Source: Longimicrobiales bacterium (lineage in GTDB: Bacteria > Gemmatimonadota > Gemmatimonadetes > Longimicrobiales > Gaopeijiaceae). From it: a stretch of 64,000 nt of DNA. Position 1 is the first letter of the stretch, and every line of letters begins with the position of its first letter. The notes under the pieces were generated by a model. It saw only the letters and a list, made by a program, of their open reading frames with translations. It ran no database searches and had not been told where the DNA came from. The DNA is taken from contig OZ241869.1 in NCBI GenBank assembly GCA_965202805.1, positions 512,001 to 576,000 on the forward strand. Direction: 5' to 3'. Below, piece after piece: positions 29,925 to 40,536 of the stretch. The position numbers were made by a program, and so were the translations under genes.

Positions 29925-30442
29925 TGGCGGTGTCCGCGGATCACGGCATGGCCGGGCGGGCCCGGCGGATGGTGATCGCTGCGGCCCTGGTTTTCGCCGG
30001 GGTCGCGGCGGCGGGTTCCGCGCCCGCCCCGGCGTCTGCCCAGGTGCGCCTGGGCGGGCAGATTTCCTACGCCAGGGATGTTCTGGGCGGTACCGTCGGA
30101 ATAGGGCCCCGGGCAGAGTTCGGGTTTCCTGCCTTTCCGGTGCGGCTGGCGGCGGCCGGCGACTACTTCTTCCCGAACTGCAACCAGTGCCGCTACTGGG
30201 AGGCGAACGTCAACGCCCTCGTTTCCCTCCCGATACTCCCCATTCCCTTCTTTCGCTACGTCGGGGGCGGCTGGCACCTGCAGAGCATCAAGGCCAACCC
30301 GTTCGAGGATGCGACCCGGGCCCGGGGCTTCAACGCCGTCGCGGGTCTGGGCTCCGACAACACCAGCGTCGAGATCCGCTACGAGATCGTGAAGGACGTG
30401 GACAATCAGTTCGTGCTCTCGTTCGCGATCTTCGTGCTGTAG
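29921..30442 (+). CDS. Small outer-membrane beta-barrel protein
   Basis: Signal peptide ending ASAQ; alternating amphipathic strands; overlaps the upstream stop (ATGA). Confidence 0.6.
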   Translation: MMAVSADHGMAGRARRMVIAAALVFAGVAAAGSAPAPASAQVRLGGQISYARDVLGGTVGIGPRAEFGFPAFPVRLAAAGDYFFPNCNQCRYWEANVNALVSLPILPIPFFRYVGGGWHLQSIKANPFEDATRARGFNAVAGLGSDNTSVEIRYEIVKDVDNQFVLSFAIFVL

Positions 30443-30516
30443 CCGGGGGGCCCTTCCTGTAGCCGGGGCCGTTTTCCGTCTGCGGAGCCTGTGCGCCCTT
30501 CTCCTCCGCGGCGCCG

Positions 30517-31269
30517 TCAGGTCGGCTGGTCGCGCGGGCGCATCAGGATCTCGTTGATGTTGACGTGCGCGGGAGCCGTAACGGCGTAGAGGATGGCCGC
30601 GGCCACGTCCTCCGCGTCCATGGGCTTCTTGTCCCGCCAGCGCTCGATGAACCCCTCCCGGGTTTCCGGGTCCGGGATGTGCTCCACCAGCTCGGTGGCA
30701 ACCACGCCGGGCTGAATGTCGGTGATCCGGATTCCGTGGGCCGCCGAAAGCTCCAGCTGCATGCCGGCCGAGATGCAGCGCACAGCGAACTTGGTGGCCG
30801 CGTACACGGTGCCGCCCGGGAAGGGGCGCCGCCCCGCCAGAGAGCCCACGTTCACGATGTGACCCCGGCGGCGCTCCAGCATGGCCGGAAGCGCGGCGGC
30901 GATGCAGTGCAGCACGCCCTTCACGTTCACGTCGACCATGCGCAGCCAGTCGTCCAGATGGATCTCCCTGACGGGCGAGGTGGGCATGATGCCGGCGTTG
31001 TTCACCAGGAGGTCGGCCGGTCCGAACTCCGCCGCCGCGCGCTCCACCAGCGCGAACACGGCCTCGCGGTCGGCCACGTCCGTGGCCACGGCCAGTGCGC
31101 GACCCCCGTCCCGCCGGATCCGCGCCACCACCTCGTCCAGTCGGTCGGCGCGCCGCGCCGCCACCGCCACCGCGGCTCCCGCCTCGCCCAGCGCGATGGC
31201 GGTGGCCCGGCCGATCCCGCTCGACGCCCCGGTAACGATGGCGATGCTGCCCGCGAGGGATTCGGACAC
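30517..31269 (-). CDS. SDR-family oxidoreductase
   Basis: TGASSGIG, NNAG and YAATK motifs. Confidence 0.92.
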   Translation of the reverse strand: MSESLAGSIAIVTGASSGIGRATAIALGEAGAAVAVAARRADRLDEVVARIRRDGGRALAVATDVADREAVFALVERAAAEFGPADLLVNNAGIMPTSPVREIHLDDWLRMVDVNVKGVLHCIAAALPAMLERRRGHIVNVGSLAGRRPFPGGTVYAATKFAVRCISAGMQLELSAAHGIRITDIQPGVVATELVEHIPDPETREGFIERWRDKKPMDAEDVAAAILYAVTAPAHVNINEILMRPRDQPT

Positions 31270-31379
31270 GATACAGCCTCCTTTGCGTGTGAATACGACC
31301 CCGAGGCATTATACTGAATCACGCCCCCGGGTAGCAGGGTGGTTATGGGCGGGGCAGCCACTACAGGAGGAGGACTCCG

Positions 31380-32996
31380 ATGAAGCTGGTACGGAATCTG
31401 GTGTTGATCGCCTTTGCACTCGCCGTGGCGGCAGGGCAGGCGCGCGCGCAGTTCGAGAACGTGGGGGTCATCGACTTCCCCACGTCGGCGACCGGTGAGG
31501 CGCAGGACCGCTTCCTGCGTGGTGTGGCGATCCTGCACAGCTTCGGCTGGATCCAGGCCCGGGAGCAGTTCCACGCTGCCCAGGAGCTCGATCCCGACTT
31601 CGCCATGGCGTACTGGGGAGAGTCGCTCGCATACAACCATCCGCTGACTTCGCAGATGGACGCCACCGAGCCGCGCAAGGCTCTCGAGCGCCTGGCTCCC
31701 ACGCGCGCGGAACGCCTCGCCAAGGCGCCGACGGATCGGGAGAAGGGATTCCTCAACGCCGTCGAGATCCTCTGGGGCGATGGGGAGCACGTCGATCGCC
31801 GGATCGGCTACATGGAAGCGATGCAGCGGCTGTACGAGCAATACCCGGACGACCCCGAGGTGGCCGCCTTCTACTCGCTGTCCATGCTGAGCGCGGTGGC
31901 CGCGACCCGCGACCTGAGCGGGCGCCTGAATGTCAAGGCGGGCACCATCGCCCTGAAGCTGTTCAAGGACAACGCCTACCACCCCGGGGCGGTCCACTAC
32001 ACCATTCACTCCTTCGACGATCCGATCCACGCGCCGCTGGCACTCGAGGCGGCGCATCGCTTCGCCGAGATCGCGCCCGCGGTGTCGCACGCGCGCCACA
32101 TGCCGACCCACATCTTCATCCAGCACGGCATGTGGGACTACGTGTCCGGGCACAACCAGTCCGCCTACGACGCCGCCCGCGACCTGTGGGAGCCCGGCGA
32201 GCCCATGGGCGACGCCACTCACTCGCTCGACTGGGGCCAGTACGGCGACCTGCAGCTCGGCGACTACGAGAAGGCGCGCCTCTGGATCCGGCGGATCGAG
32301 AAGATGGCCTCCGGGACCTTCCTGGAGTTCGGGGAGGGAGGCGCTTCGGAGGAGACCGGGCAGGCCCGGCCGCGCGGCGCCGAGCCGCTTCTCAAGGCCC
32401 GCTACATCGTCGACACCGAGGAGTGGGCGATCCTTCCCATTACCGACGAGTCGAGCGCCCACGAGCTGCTCGCGACCGGGCTGAGTGCGGCACGCACCGG
32501 TGACAGGACGGCGCTGGAGGCCGTGGAAGCGGCGCTGCTCGAAAACGCCGATGCGCCGGGAGGTCGTTTCGGCAACTACAACGGGATCATGCACAAGCAG
32601 GTGGCGGCGCTGCTGGAGGCCGACCGCGGCAACGAAGACGCTGCCAGGGAGCTGATGGACCAGGCGGTCGAAACCGTCGAGGCGATGGCGCCCCCGCGCG
32701 GCTCGGCCAGCCCGATCAAGCCCGTGCACGAGCTGTACGGCGAGATGCTGGCCGGCTTCGGCGACCACGAGGCCGCCGCCGGCATGTTCGAAACCTCGCT
32801 CCTGCGCATGCCCAAGCGGCCGCGTTCGCTGCTGGGACTGGCGCGCGCCAGCATCGAGACCGGGGACTTCGACCGGGCGACCGAAGCCTACGAGACGCTC
32901 GTCGAGGAAGTATGGGTCGGCCGGACGACCTTCGAGGGATACCAGGAGGCGCTGCGCTTCCTCGAGAGCACCGACAGCAGCAGCCGCAGCCGGTAG
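31380..32996 (+). CDS. Secreted TPR-like helical protein
   Basis: Signal peptide; DPDFAMAYWG, HPGAVHYTIHSFD and HARHMPTHIF motifs; GGAGG RBS. Confidence 0.7.
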   Translation: MKLVRNLVLIAFALAVAAGQARAQFENVGVIDFPTSATGEAQDRFLRGVAILHSFGWIQAREQFHAAQELDPDFAMAYWGESLAYNHPLTSQMDATEPRKALERLAPTRAERLAKAPTDREKGFLNAVEILWGDGEHVDRRIGYMEAMQRLYEQYPDDPEVAAFYSLSMLSAVAATRDLSGRLNVKAGTIALKLFKDNAYHPGAVHYTIHSFDDPIHAPLALEAAHRFAEIAPAVSHARHMPTHIFIQHGMWDYVSGHNQSAYDAARDLWEPGEPMGDATHSLDWGQYGDLQLGDYEKARLWIRRIEKMASGTFLEFGEGGASEETGQARPRGAEPLLKARYIVDTEEWAILPITDESSAHELLATGLSAARTGDRTALEAVEAALLENADAPGGRFGNYNGIMHKQVAALLEADRGNEDAARELMDQAVETVEAMAPPRGSASPIKPVHELYGEMLAGFGDHEAAAGMFETSLLRMPKRPRSLLGLARASIETGDFDRATEAYETLVEEVWVGRTTFEGYQEALRFLESTDSSSRSR

Positions 32997-33015
32997 TCGA
33001 CGCGACTGCAGGCCC

Positions 33016-33180
33016 GTGACACGTCAGGAGCGAGCCCAGTTGAGCCTCCTGTCCGAGATCGCCAGGAGCCTGGCGGAGTTGGCGCGTTCCGCGGACCGGA
33101 TCGCCACCGAGCTTGGCAGAATCGACGGAGCGCTCGACAACATCGACTCGCGCCTGCGGAGCCTGGAGCGCGAACGCTAG
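33016..33180 (+). CDS. Small coiled-coil hypothetical protein (54 aa)
   Basis: Hand-translated MTRQERAQLSLLSEIARSLAELARSADRIATELGRIDGALDNIDSRLRSLERER; heptad pattern; fills the gap before a terminator. Confidence 0.5.
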   Translation: MTRQERAQLSLLSEIARSLAELARSADRIATELGRIDGALDNIDSRLRSLERER

Positions 33181-33204
33181 CCCTCCCGGCACCACGGCGG
33201 GCAG

Positions 33205-33253
33205 AAAAGAGGCCGGCTCCCCCGGCGAATCGGGGGAGCCGGCCCTTGTCTTT
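33205..33253. terminator. Bidirectional intrinsic terminator
   Basis: 13-bp stem GGCCGGCTCCCCC/GGGGGAGCCGGCC flanked by AAAA and T-rich tracts, between convergent genes. Confidence 0.8.
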
Positions 33254-33279
33254 GCGCGGGGTTTGACCGGGGTAGTTGC

Positions 33280-35034
33280 CTACCGGTTCGCGAACACCGG
33301 CGCCGGCTGGGGCATCGCCATGCCGTCGTGGCGCGGCTCCGAGGCGCCGTAGTGCACGCCGGTGCCGTCGCCCATCACCGCCTGGCCGTAGCCGAAGCCG
33401 CCGGTACGCGGTGGCCGCACGCCGATCTCGTGCCCGAGCGCGGTCAGTTCAGCTCGCACCCACTCCGGCACCATCACCTCCATGTTGACGTCGCAGCCGT
33501 CGAAGCTGCCCTTGGTGAAGCGGCCGGCTTCGTGCGCCTGCTGAATGTTCATCCCGTAGTCGACGATGTTGGCGATGAACTGCGCGTGCGCCTGCGGCTG
33601 GTTGAAGCCGCCCATGATGCCGAAGCCGATCCGCTCGCCGCCCTCATTGTTCACCATGAGGCCCGGAATGATGGTGTTGAGCGGCCGCTTGTGCCCTTCG
33701 AGCACGTTGGGGTGGCTCTCGTCCAGCGTGAACAGCGCGCCCCGGTTGTGGAGCATGAAGCCGGTGCCCGGCGGAACCAGCCCGGAGCCGAATCCGGAGT
33801 AGTTGCTCTGGATGTAGGAGACGATGTTCCCGTCCTTGTCGATCGTGGTCAGGTAGATCGTGTCTCCCCCGTCCTCGTTGTCGAGCCCGACGAAGCGTGA
33901 CGGCTCGACCGAGCACATCGCCTGGTTCATGTCGATGAGCCCGGCGCGCTCCCTGGCCCTCTCCTTGTCGAGCATCCCTTCCACCGGAACCTTGCTGAAG
34001 CGCGGATCGCCGACGTAGGTGATCATGTCGGCGTAGGCCAGCTTCTTGGACTCGATCATGACGTGCAGGGCCTCGGGGCTGTGGAAGCCGTACTCGCCGA
34101 GGGGGTAGTTCTCCATGATGTCGAGCATCATGAGCGCGGCGATGCCCTGCCCGTTGGGGGGCATCTCGTGCACCGTCCAGCCGCGGTAGGTGGTGGAGAT
34201 GGTCTCGGTCCACTCGGGCTCGTACTCCGCGAGATCGTCGAGCGTCATCGTGCCGTCGAACTCGTCGGAGATGGAGATGATGGCCTCTGCGGTGGGGCCC
34301 TTGTAGTACCCGTCGCGACCGTCCGCGACGATCCGCCGCAGCGTGTTCGCGAAGTCGGGGTTCCTGAACACCTCGCCCACCTTCGGCGCCCGCTTGCCGT
34401 CCACCAGGTAGGTGTGGGCGCTGTTGGGGTGCTGCAGGTGCATGTCGACCGATCCGGCCCACATGCGCCCGGTCACCTCGTGGAGCGGGAAGCCGTTCTC
34501 GGCGTACCAGATGGCGGGCGCCAGGATGGTGCCGAAGTCGAGATTGCCGAAGCGCTCGCGCATGGCGTCCCAGCCGGCGATCACCCCGGGCACCGTGACC
34601 GAGTGAATCCCGCGGCGCGGCATGCTCTCGTGGCCCAGCTCCTTCAGGTACTGCGCGTCGAGGGCGGCGGGCGACCAGCCGCTGGCGTTCAGCCCGTAGA
34701 TCTCTTCCGTCTCGGCCAGGTAGATGATGGCGAACAGGTCACCGCCGATGCCGTTGGAGGTGGGGTCCATGAGCGCGAGCGCCGAGTTGGCCGCGATGGC
34801 CGCGTCGATGGCGTTGCCGCCCTGCTCGAGGATCTGCACCCCCACCGACGACGCCAGCGGGTTGTTGGTCGCGACGATTCCCATCTCGGTGTTCACCACC
34901 GAGCGGCCGGTGACCGGGAGGGGGACCTCCCCGCGCGCCGTCGCTTGCTCCATCACGGCCTGTGGAGCACAGGCGACCGCGAGGGTCAGGGAAAACAGGA
35001 AAGCCGCCGGGCGGACGAGACCGGGATACCGCAT
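33280..35034 (-). CDS. ggt: Gamma-glutamyltransferase
   Basis: GGNAIDAAIA, GIGGDLF, PPNGQG, catalytic DTIY, KRPLNTIIP and MGGFNQPQ motifs. Confidence 0.92.
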   Translation of the reverse strand: MRYPGLVRPAAFLFSLTLAVACAPQAVMEQATARGEVPLPVTGRSVVNTEMGIVATNNPLASSVGVQILEQGGNAIDAAIAANSALALMDPTSNGIGGDLFAIIYLAETEEIYGLNASGWSPAALDAQYLKELGHESMPRRGIHSVTVPGVIAGWDAMRERFGNLDFGTILAPAIWYAENGFPLHEVTGRMWAGSVDMHLQHPNSAHTYLVDGKRAPKVGEVFRNPDFANTLRRIVADGRDGYYKGPTAEAIISISDEFDGTMTLDDLAEYEPEWTETISTTYRGWTVHEMPPNGQGIAALMMLDIMENYPLGEYGFHSPEALHVMIESKKLAYADMITYVGDPRFSKVPVEGMLDKERARERAGLIDMNQAMCSVEPSRFVGLDNEDGGDTIYLTTIDKDGNIVSYIQSNYSGFGSGLVPPGTGFMLHNRGALFTLDESHPNVLEGHKRPLNTIIPGLMVNNEGGERIGFGIMGGFNQPQAHAQFIANIVDYGMNIQQAHEAGRFTKGSFDGCDVNMEVMVPEWVRAELTALGHEIGVRPPRTGGFGYGQAVMGDGTGVHYGASEPRHDGMAMPQPAPVFANR

Positions 35035-35092
35035 GCGTGGACCTCCGAGGCAGAGTGCTTGACAGGCGCCCCGAGCCCCGGGACGCCGTGAC

Positions 35093-37459
35093 TTACAGGC
35101 GATACGTGTAGTTTAGCTTCAGTGCCCCGCCCCTCGACAGGGTCATGAACCTCGGGTCCGCGCGCGGGTCGAAATCCAGCGTACTGCATCCGGAATCGGC
35201 TCCATACATCGAGCAGTCCCGCCAGTTGTGCGTGTAGACCAGGTAGATGTCGTTCCCGGGCTCGACGATCCAGCGCAGGCGCGCGAACAGACCGATGATC
35301 TCACTGCGGCTGTCGTACTGAAGCTGGTTGGTGAGGCTCACCCAGGGGCTCGGGTTCCACTCGGTCTCCAGCTCATAGAGGCTGGTGGTGAAGTCGCCGG
35401 TCGGCAGGTGCGCGTCGTTGTACTCGATGTTGGTCGAGATGTTGATGCCCGGGTTGGGACGGAACGAGATCCGTCCGCCGTAGCGGGTCCGGTCCCCATC
35501 CCAGAAACCGCCGGTGGTGACCGATCCGTAAAGCGAAACCCGGCGCCTGCCGGCGGTGTTGCCGCGTATGGAGTATTCCCAGTTGGTGTAGTCGCCCTCC
35601 AGGATCCGGACCCCGTCCACGATCTCGTATCCGAAGTCGAGGAATTCGTAGGTGCGCTTGGCGTTGAGCGAGAAGCCGTCTCCGCTCTCGAACTGGACGC
35701 CCAGCAGGTTCAGATCCCACTCCCGCTCCTCCACGATTCCGGTCCCCAGTTCCTCCAGGTGCCGGAACTGCGCGGAGATGTTGAAGCTGCGGATCCAGTC
35801 GATGGACGAGGGCCTGGGCGACCAGCCGATGCGGGGCTCGACCCGGCGGAAGTCGTTGCGCGGCACGAAGCCGACGGCCGGGCTGTAGTCGTCGCCGAAC
35901 TGCCGGTAGGAGAGGTGCGCCGACCAGATGTCGTTGGGGAAGTTGAAGCGGAAGCCGTGTGCGGAGAGATCCGTGTTGGTCCGCGCCACGGTCGGGTCCG
36001 GATTCGAGTTCCAGACGTAGAACGCTTCCAGCTCGAGATTCTTGTTGCCCAGGAAGTTGCGCGTGTTGAAGGCCAGGTCGACCCCCGCAGTGTGACGGTC
36101 GGAGGGGGCAACCACCGACTCGCCTGCCAACGGACTGGCGGCTGCCGTCGCGCGCCGCGTATAGATGGCGCCGATCGTCGATTGCTCGAAGATGCGCCGC
36201 TTGACCCGCGCGACCGAGAACTGCTCGCGCGTGAAGTCCTGGAGGATTCCCTGCGTGTCCGTGTACTCGTGGTTCCCGGTGCCGATCTGGTAGAACCCGA
36301 TCTCGTACCTGCCCGCCTGGCCGGTCATGCGCGTGCCGTACTGGATGGGGATCTCCTGGCCCGCGTTCAAGCCGATGCGGCGGGAAAAGAACGGCTGCGG
36401 GCCGCTGCGCGGAGCGAAGCTGAAGACCCCGGAGCCCTCCAGGAAAAAGGCGCGCCGCTCGCGGAAACGCTGCGGAAAGCGGGTGAGGTTGACCCGGCGC
36501 TCGTCGCTCTCGACCTCGGCGAAGTCGGTGTTGATCGAGGCCGAGGCGCGCAGGCTGGGCGTGATGTTGTAATCGACGTCGAGGCTGATGTCCCTCGGGA
36601 AGGTCGTGGGCTCCACCGTGCCCGGCTGGTTGCGCCAGCTGCCGATCGCCGAGCCACGCAGTTCCAGCCCGTATCCGCGCTGGGTCGATTGCAGTTGGAT
36701 GCCCTCCAGGTCGCCCGCGAAAATGGGCTTGAAGAGCCCCTCGGTGCGCCGCCATCCGCGCCACAGGATCTCCTCGTTGTTGCGGCGGATGGTGCGCTGG
36801 AAGTTGATGCCCCAGTGGTCGGCGTCCGGGTCGAAGTTGAGGGTGCGGAAGGGGATGCGGATCTCGGCGGACCAGCCGTCGGGCCGGCGGAAGGTGCGCG
36901 CCTCCCAGATGCCGTCCCAGGCCTTGTTCATGCCGCCGCCGCCCCAGCCGCCACCGCCGCGGCCGCCTCTGCCGCCACCGCCGCTACCGGTGATGAGGCC
37001 GTCGCCCATGAGGCCGTTGGCGTTGATCTCGAAGAAATAGCCGGTGCGCCCGTCGTTGAAGGTGTCCAGGATCCACATGAAGCGGTCGTCGGTCATCAAG
37101 GGCGCGTCCCGCTGCATCTGGTAGGCGAGGATGCCTTCCGGATCGTCGTACAGCATCGCGCTGATGTAGATGTTCTCCTCGTCGAAGAGGATCCGCACTT
37201 CGGTCCTCTGGGAGGGAACTCCGCCTTCGACCGGCTCCTGCTGGGTGAAGTCGGTGATGGCGGTGGCCCGGCTCCAGCTGGCCTCGTCGAGCCGGCCGTC
37301 GAGGCTGATGTCCATCTCCGGCAATACGGGCGCAGCCTCCATCGTGATTACAGCGGGTCCTCCGTCCGGAGAATTCTGGAGTTGCTGGTCCTGCGCGAGC
37401 GCGGGCGACGCCGCGGCCAGACAACACGCCAGAAGAACTGCCCGGCAAATCTTCGACAT
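35093..37459 (-). CDS. DUF5916 / CBM9-like outer-membrane protein
   Basis: LDGRLDEASW, LDTFND, WSAEIRIPF, NTDFAEVE, FFSRRIG and C-terminal KLNYTYRL motifs. Confidence 0.75.
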   Translation of the reverse strand: MSKICRAVLLACCLAAASPALAQDQQLQNSPDGGPAVITMEAAPVLPEMDISLDGRLDEASWSRATAITDFTQQEPVEGGVPSQRTEVRILFDEENIYISAMLYDDPEGILAYQMQRDAPLMTDDRFMWILDTFNDGRTGYFFEINANGLMGDGLITGSGGGGRGGRGGGGWGGGGMNKAWDGIWEARTFRRPDGWSAEIRIPFRTLNFDPDADHWGINFQRTIRRNNEEILWRGWRRTEGLFKPIFAGDLEGIQLQSTQRGYGLELRGSAIGSWRNQPGTVEPTTFPRDISLDVDYNITPSLRASASINTDFAEVESDERRVNLTRFPQRFRERRAFFLEGSGVFSFAPRSGPQPFFSRRIGLNAGQEIPIQYGTRMTGQAGRYEIGFYQIGTGNHEYTDTQGILQDFTREQFSVARVKRRIFEQSTIGAIYTRRATAAASPLAGESVVAPSDRHTAGVDLAFNTRNFLGNKNLELEAFYVWNSNPDPTVARTNTDLSAHGFRFNFPNDIWSAHLSYRQFGDDYSPAVGFVPRNDFRRVEPRIGWSPRPSSIDWIRSFNISAQFRHLEELGTGIVEEREWDLNLLGVQFESGDGFSLNAKRTYEFLDFGYEIVDGVRILEGDYTNWEYSIRGNTAGRRRVSLYGSVTTGGFWDGDRTRYGGRISFRPNPGINISTNIEYNDAHLPTGDFTTSLYELETEWNPSPWVSLTNQLQYDSRSEIIGLFARLRWIVEPGNDIYLVYTHNWRDCSMYGADSGCSTLDFDPRADPRFMTLSRGGALKLNYTYRL

Positions 37460-37606
37460 GGATTCAGATCCTGGAGATTTGAGGATTGAGCAGGCCATGG
37501 CCGGGGCAGTCGGGCCCCGACCCCGCGGCCACACGCCGCGTGCCATCTGAATGACACGCCGGAGGCCCGGAATGTTGGGGAAGCCTCATGGCGCTTGCCC
37601 GGGCCG

Positions 37607-37646
37607 AAAAAGGGGCCCCTCCGCGAGAGCAGCGAAGGGGCCCGGA
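37607..37646 (-). terminator. Intrinsic terminator after the NHL-repeat gene
   Basis: Minus-strand GGGCCCC..GGGGCCC hairpin followed by TTTTT. Confidence 0.6.
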
Positions 37647-37666
37647 ACTACCGCGAAATCCAACGA

Positions 37667-38869
37667 TCAGCCGCCGGGCCAGGCGGGACCCATATTCATC
37701 TGTGTGACCGTCCCCATGCCCTGGTAGACGAACTTCTGCACCCGCTTCCCCTCGTAGGTCTCGGTGGTGAAGATGTTGCCCTGCGAGTCGGTGGCGATGC
37801 TGTGCACCGCGAAGAACAGACCCGGCTGGCGCCCGCCGTCGCCGAAGCTGTACAGCACCTCCATGGTCTCGCGCAGGATGACGTAGACCTTCATGTTCTG
37901 GCCGTCCGCGACGTACATGTAGGTCTGCTCGGGATCGGGCGAGAAGGCAACGTCCCAGGTCGAGCCCTGCGACAGAGTCTCGGGCGCGATGAACACCTCG
38001 TCCACATAGGTGCCGTCCTTCTGGAAGACCTGGATGCGGTCGGAGGCGCGGTCGCACACGTAGACCAGCCCGTCGCGCGACGGATCGGCGCAGTGCACCG
38101 GCCCGCGGAACTGCTCGGCGGGCGGGATGTCCGGCGAATAGGGCATGAACTCGTAGTTGTCGTCCGGCTCGTTGCCGTACGCGCCCCAGAAGCGCTTGAA
38201 CTCGCCGGTGTCCATGTCCACGACCACGACCCGCTTGTTCAGATAGCCGTCGGCCATGTAGGCCTCGTTGGCCTCCGCGTCGAAGGCGATCTTGGCGACG
38301 CGGCCGAAGTTCTCCGTGTCCATGCTGTTCTCGCGCATGCCGGAGCGGCCGATCTGCATGAGGAACTCGCCCTCGCGCGAGAACTTCACCACGTGGTTGT
38401 CCTCACCGCCGTTGCCGCCGATCCAGACGTTGTCCATGTGGTCGACCACGATCCCGTGGTTCGAGGTGGGCCACTCGTAGTCGGCGCCCTCCTGGGGACC
38501 GCCCCAGGCGTTCACCAGGTTGCCCTCCGGATCGAACTCCAGAACCGGGGGCGCGGGCTGGCAGCACTCGCTGAGCGGCGGGTCCTGGGCCAGCCCGATC
38601 TCGGTGCGCGCCGCGAACTGGTCGGGCGTGTTGCGGTGCACAATGTAGACGTGATCGCGCGAATCGACCGCCACGCCGATGGTGGCCCCCAGGAGCCAGT
38701 GGTTCGGAAGCGGCTTGGGCCAGAAGGGGTCGACCTCGAACATCGGCGCCATGCCGTCGCCTCCGTCCATATCCATCGACATCTGGGCCGACTGCGTGCC
38801 GGCGTCCGCGCAGGCCGCCGCGAGGGCGACGAGAATCGCTCCGGCAAGAAGATCGCGTGTTCGTGTCAT
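37667..38869 (-). CDS. NHL-repeat (PAL-like) beta-propeller lipoprotein
   Basis: Lipobox LAAAC; VDPFWPKPLP, ADGYLNKRV, VYVCDR..RIQVF and HSIATDSQGN motifs. Confidence 0.8.
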   Translation of the reverse strand: MTRTRDLLAGAILVALAAACADAGTQSAQMSMDMDGGDGMAPMFEVDPFWPKPLPNHWLLGATIGVAVDSRDHVYIVHRNTPDQFAARTEIGLAQDPPLSECCQPAPPVLEFDPEGNLVNAWGGPQEGADYEWPTSNHGIVVDHMDNVWIGGNGGEDNHVVKFSREGEFLMQIGRSGMRENSMDTENFGRVAKIAFDAEANEAYMADGYLNKRVVVVDMDTGEFKRFWGAYGNEPDDNYEFMPYSPDIPPAEQFRGPVHCADPSRDGLVYVCDRASDRIQVFQKDGTYVDEVFIAPETLSQGSTWDVAFSPDPEQTYMYVADGQNMKVYVILRETMEVLYSFGDGGRQPGLFFAVHSIATDSQGNIFTTETYEGKRVQKFVYQGMGTVTQMNMGPAWPGG

Positions 38870-39104
38870 CCCTTCATCTCCTCTGTCGAAAAGGCTGAAT
38901 GTCCGGCGCTGCGCGGGATCTGCGGCATGCAGACTATCAGTATACGGCTTCGCGGCCCCGCGCGCACATGTCCGCGAGAGCCCGAAGCCCCGGCCTGTTC
39001 GGGCAACGCCCGGCCGGTTACGATTCCGGCTCCGGCCGCCGCCGGCGCCGTCCGCCGCGGCGCGTGGACCCCGAGTTGCGGCGCGACCCATCTCCCCGGC
39101 AGCC

Positions 39105-40487
39105 ATGCGCAGAACCCGTCTTGCCATCGTCGGTCTCGCCTTCGTCGTCGCGGGGGTCGTGAGCCTGACGCGTCCTTCGGAGCCGCTCGAAGGGGCTCCC
39201 GTGCCTCACGACATCCCCGCCGACGCCATCGTGCGCATGTTCGTGAAGCCCGAGGGCGACCGCCTGCGGCTCCTGGTGCGGGTGCCGCTCAACACCATGC
39301 AGGACATCGTCTTCCCGACCTTCGGGCCGGGCTACCTCGACATCCCCGAGGCCGAAGACGAGATCCGGCAGGGGGCGATGCTCTGGATCGGCACCCCCCT
39401 GCAGCTCTTCCAGAACGGAGAGCGGCTTCCCGTTCCCGAGCTCGTGGCGGCGGTGGTCTCCATCCCCTCGGATCGCTCGTTCACGAGCTACGAGGCGGCG
39501 CTGGCGCACGTTACCGGCCCACCGCTTGCTCCCGAGACCCAGCTGGTCTGGCAGCAGGCTCTGCTCGACATCCTCTTCGAGTACCCCATTGCGTCCGCAG
39601 ACTCCGATTTCTCGATGGATCCCGGACTGGAGCGACTGGCGCTGAGGGTGAATACGATCCTGCGCTTCCTCCCCGCCGAGGGCTCGGAGCGGCTCTACCA
39701 GTACACGGGGCATCCCGGTGTCGTCCGCCTGGACCCCCGCTGGCACCAGGCGGCGTGGCGCTTCGTCGTGCTCGGCTTCCAGCACATCCTGGACGGCATC
39801 GACCACCTGCTCTTCCTGCTCTGCCTGGTCGCGCCGCTGCGCAAATTGCGCTCGCTGGTCATTCTCGTCACCGCCTTCACGGTGGCGCACTCGGTGACGC
39901 TGGCCGCCTCCGCCTTCAACTTCGCCCCCAACACCCTCTGGTTTCCGCCGCTGGTCGAAACCCTCATCGCCGCCTCGATCGTCTACATGGCGCTCGAGAA
40001 CATCGTCGGCACGAAGGTGAAGACGCGCTGGATCATCACCTTCGCCTTCGGTCTGGCCCACGGCTTCGGCTTCTCCTTCGCGCTGCGCGAAACCATGCAG
40101 TTCGCGGGATCGCACCTGGTGACCTCGCTCCTGGCCTTCAACGTCGGGGTGGAACTGGGCCAGCTCGCGGCGCTGCTGATCATCGTTCCGGCGCTGGAGC
40201 TGCTCTACCGCTTCGCGATCAAGGAGAAGATCGGCAACATCCTGCTCTCGGCGCTGGTGGCGCACACGGCGTGGCACTGGATGACGGAGCGCTGGGGCGT
40301 GCTCACCCAGTACACCTTCCGCTGGCCGGTCTTCGACCTGGGGCTGCTGGCGCGCACCCTGGCTCTGGTGGCGCTGACCCTGGCGGTGATGGGCGCCACC
40401 TGGCTGGTGATCGGCTGGATCCGGCGCCCGGAAGGGAAGGAGGGAGGGGCCGGGGAGGTAGCGGAGGAGACCGCTACGCTCCCTTAG
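39105..40487 (+). CDS. HupE/UreJ-family membrane protein with N-terminal periplasmic domain
   Basis: GFQHILDGIDHLLF, TAFTVAHSVTL, FGLAHGFGF and FNVGVELGQ motifs. Confidence 0.85.
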   Translation: MRRTRLAIVGLAFVVAGVVSLTRPSEPLEGAPVPHDIPADAIVRMFVKPEGDRLRLLVRVPLNTMQDIVFPTFGPGYLDIPEAEDEIRQGAMLWIGTPLQLFQNGERLPVPELVAAVVSIPSDRSFTSYEAALAHVTGPPLAPETQLVWQQALLDILFEYPIASADSDFSMDPGLERLALRVNTILRFLPAEGSERLYQYTGHPGVVRLDPRWHQAAWRFVVLGFQHILDGIDHLLFLLCLVAPLRKLRSLVILVTAFTVAHSVTLAASAFNFAPNTLWFPPLVETLIAASIVYMALENIVGTKVKTRWIITFAFGLAHGFGFSFALRETMQFAGSHLVTSLLAFNVGVELGQLAALLIIVPALELLYRFAIKEKIGNILLSALVAHTAWHWMTERWGVLTQYTFRWPVFDLGLLARTLALVALTLAVMGATWLVIGWIRRPEGKEGGAGEVAEETATLP

Positions 40488-40536
40488 GCGTCAGGCGCCG
40501 GCTCACTCCCTCGCACGGTGCGCCCCTGTCCGGGCG

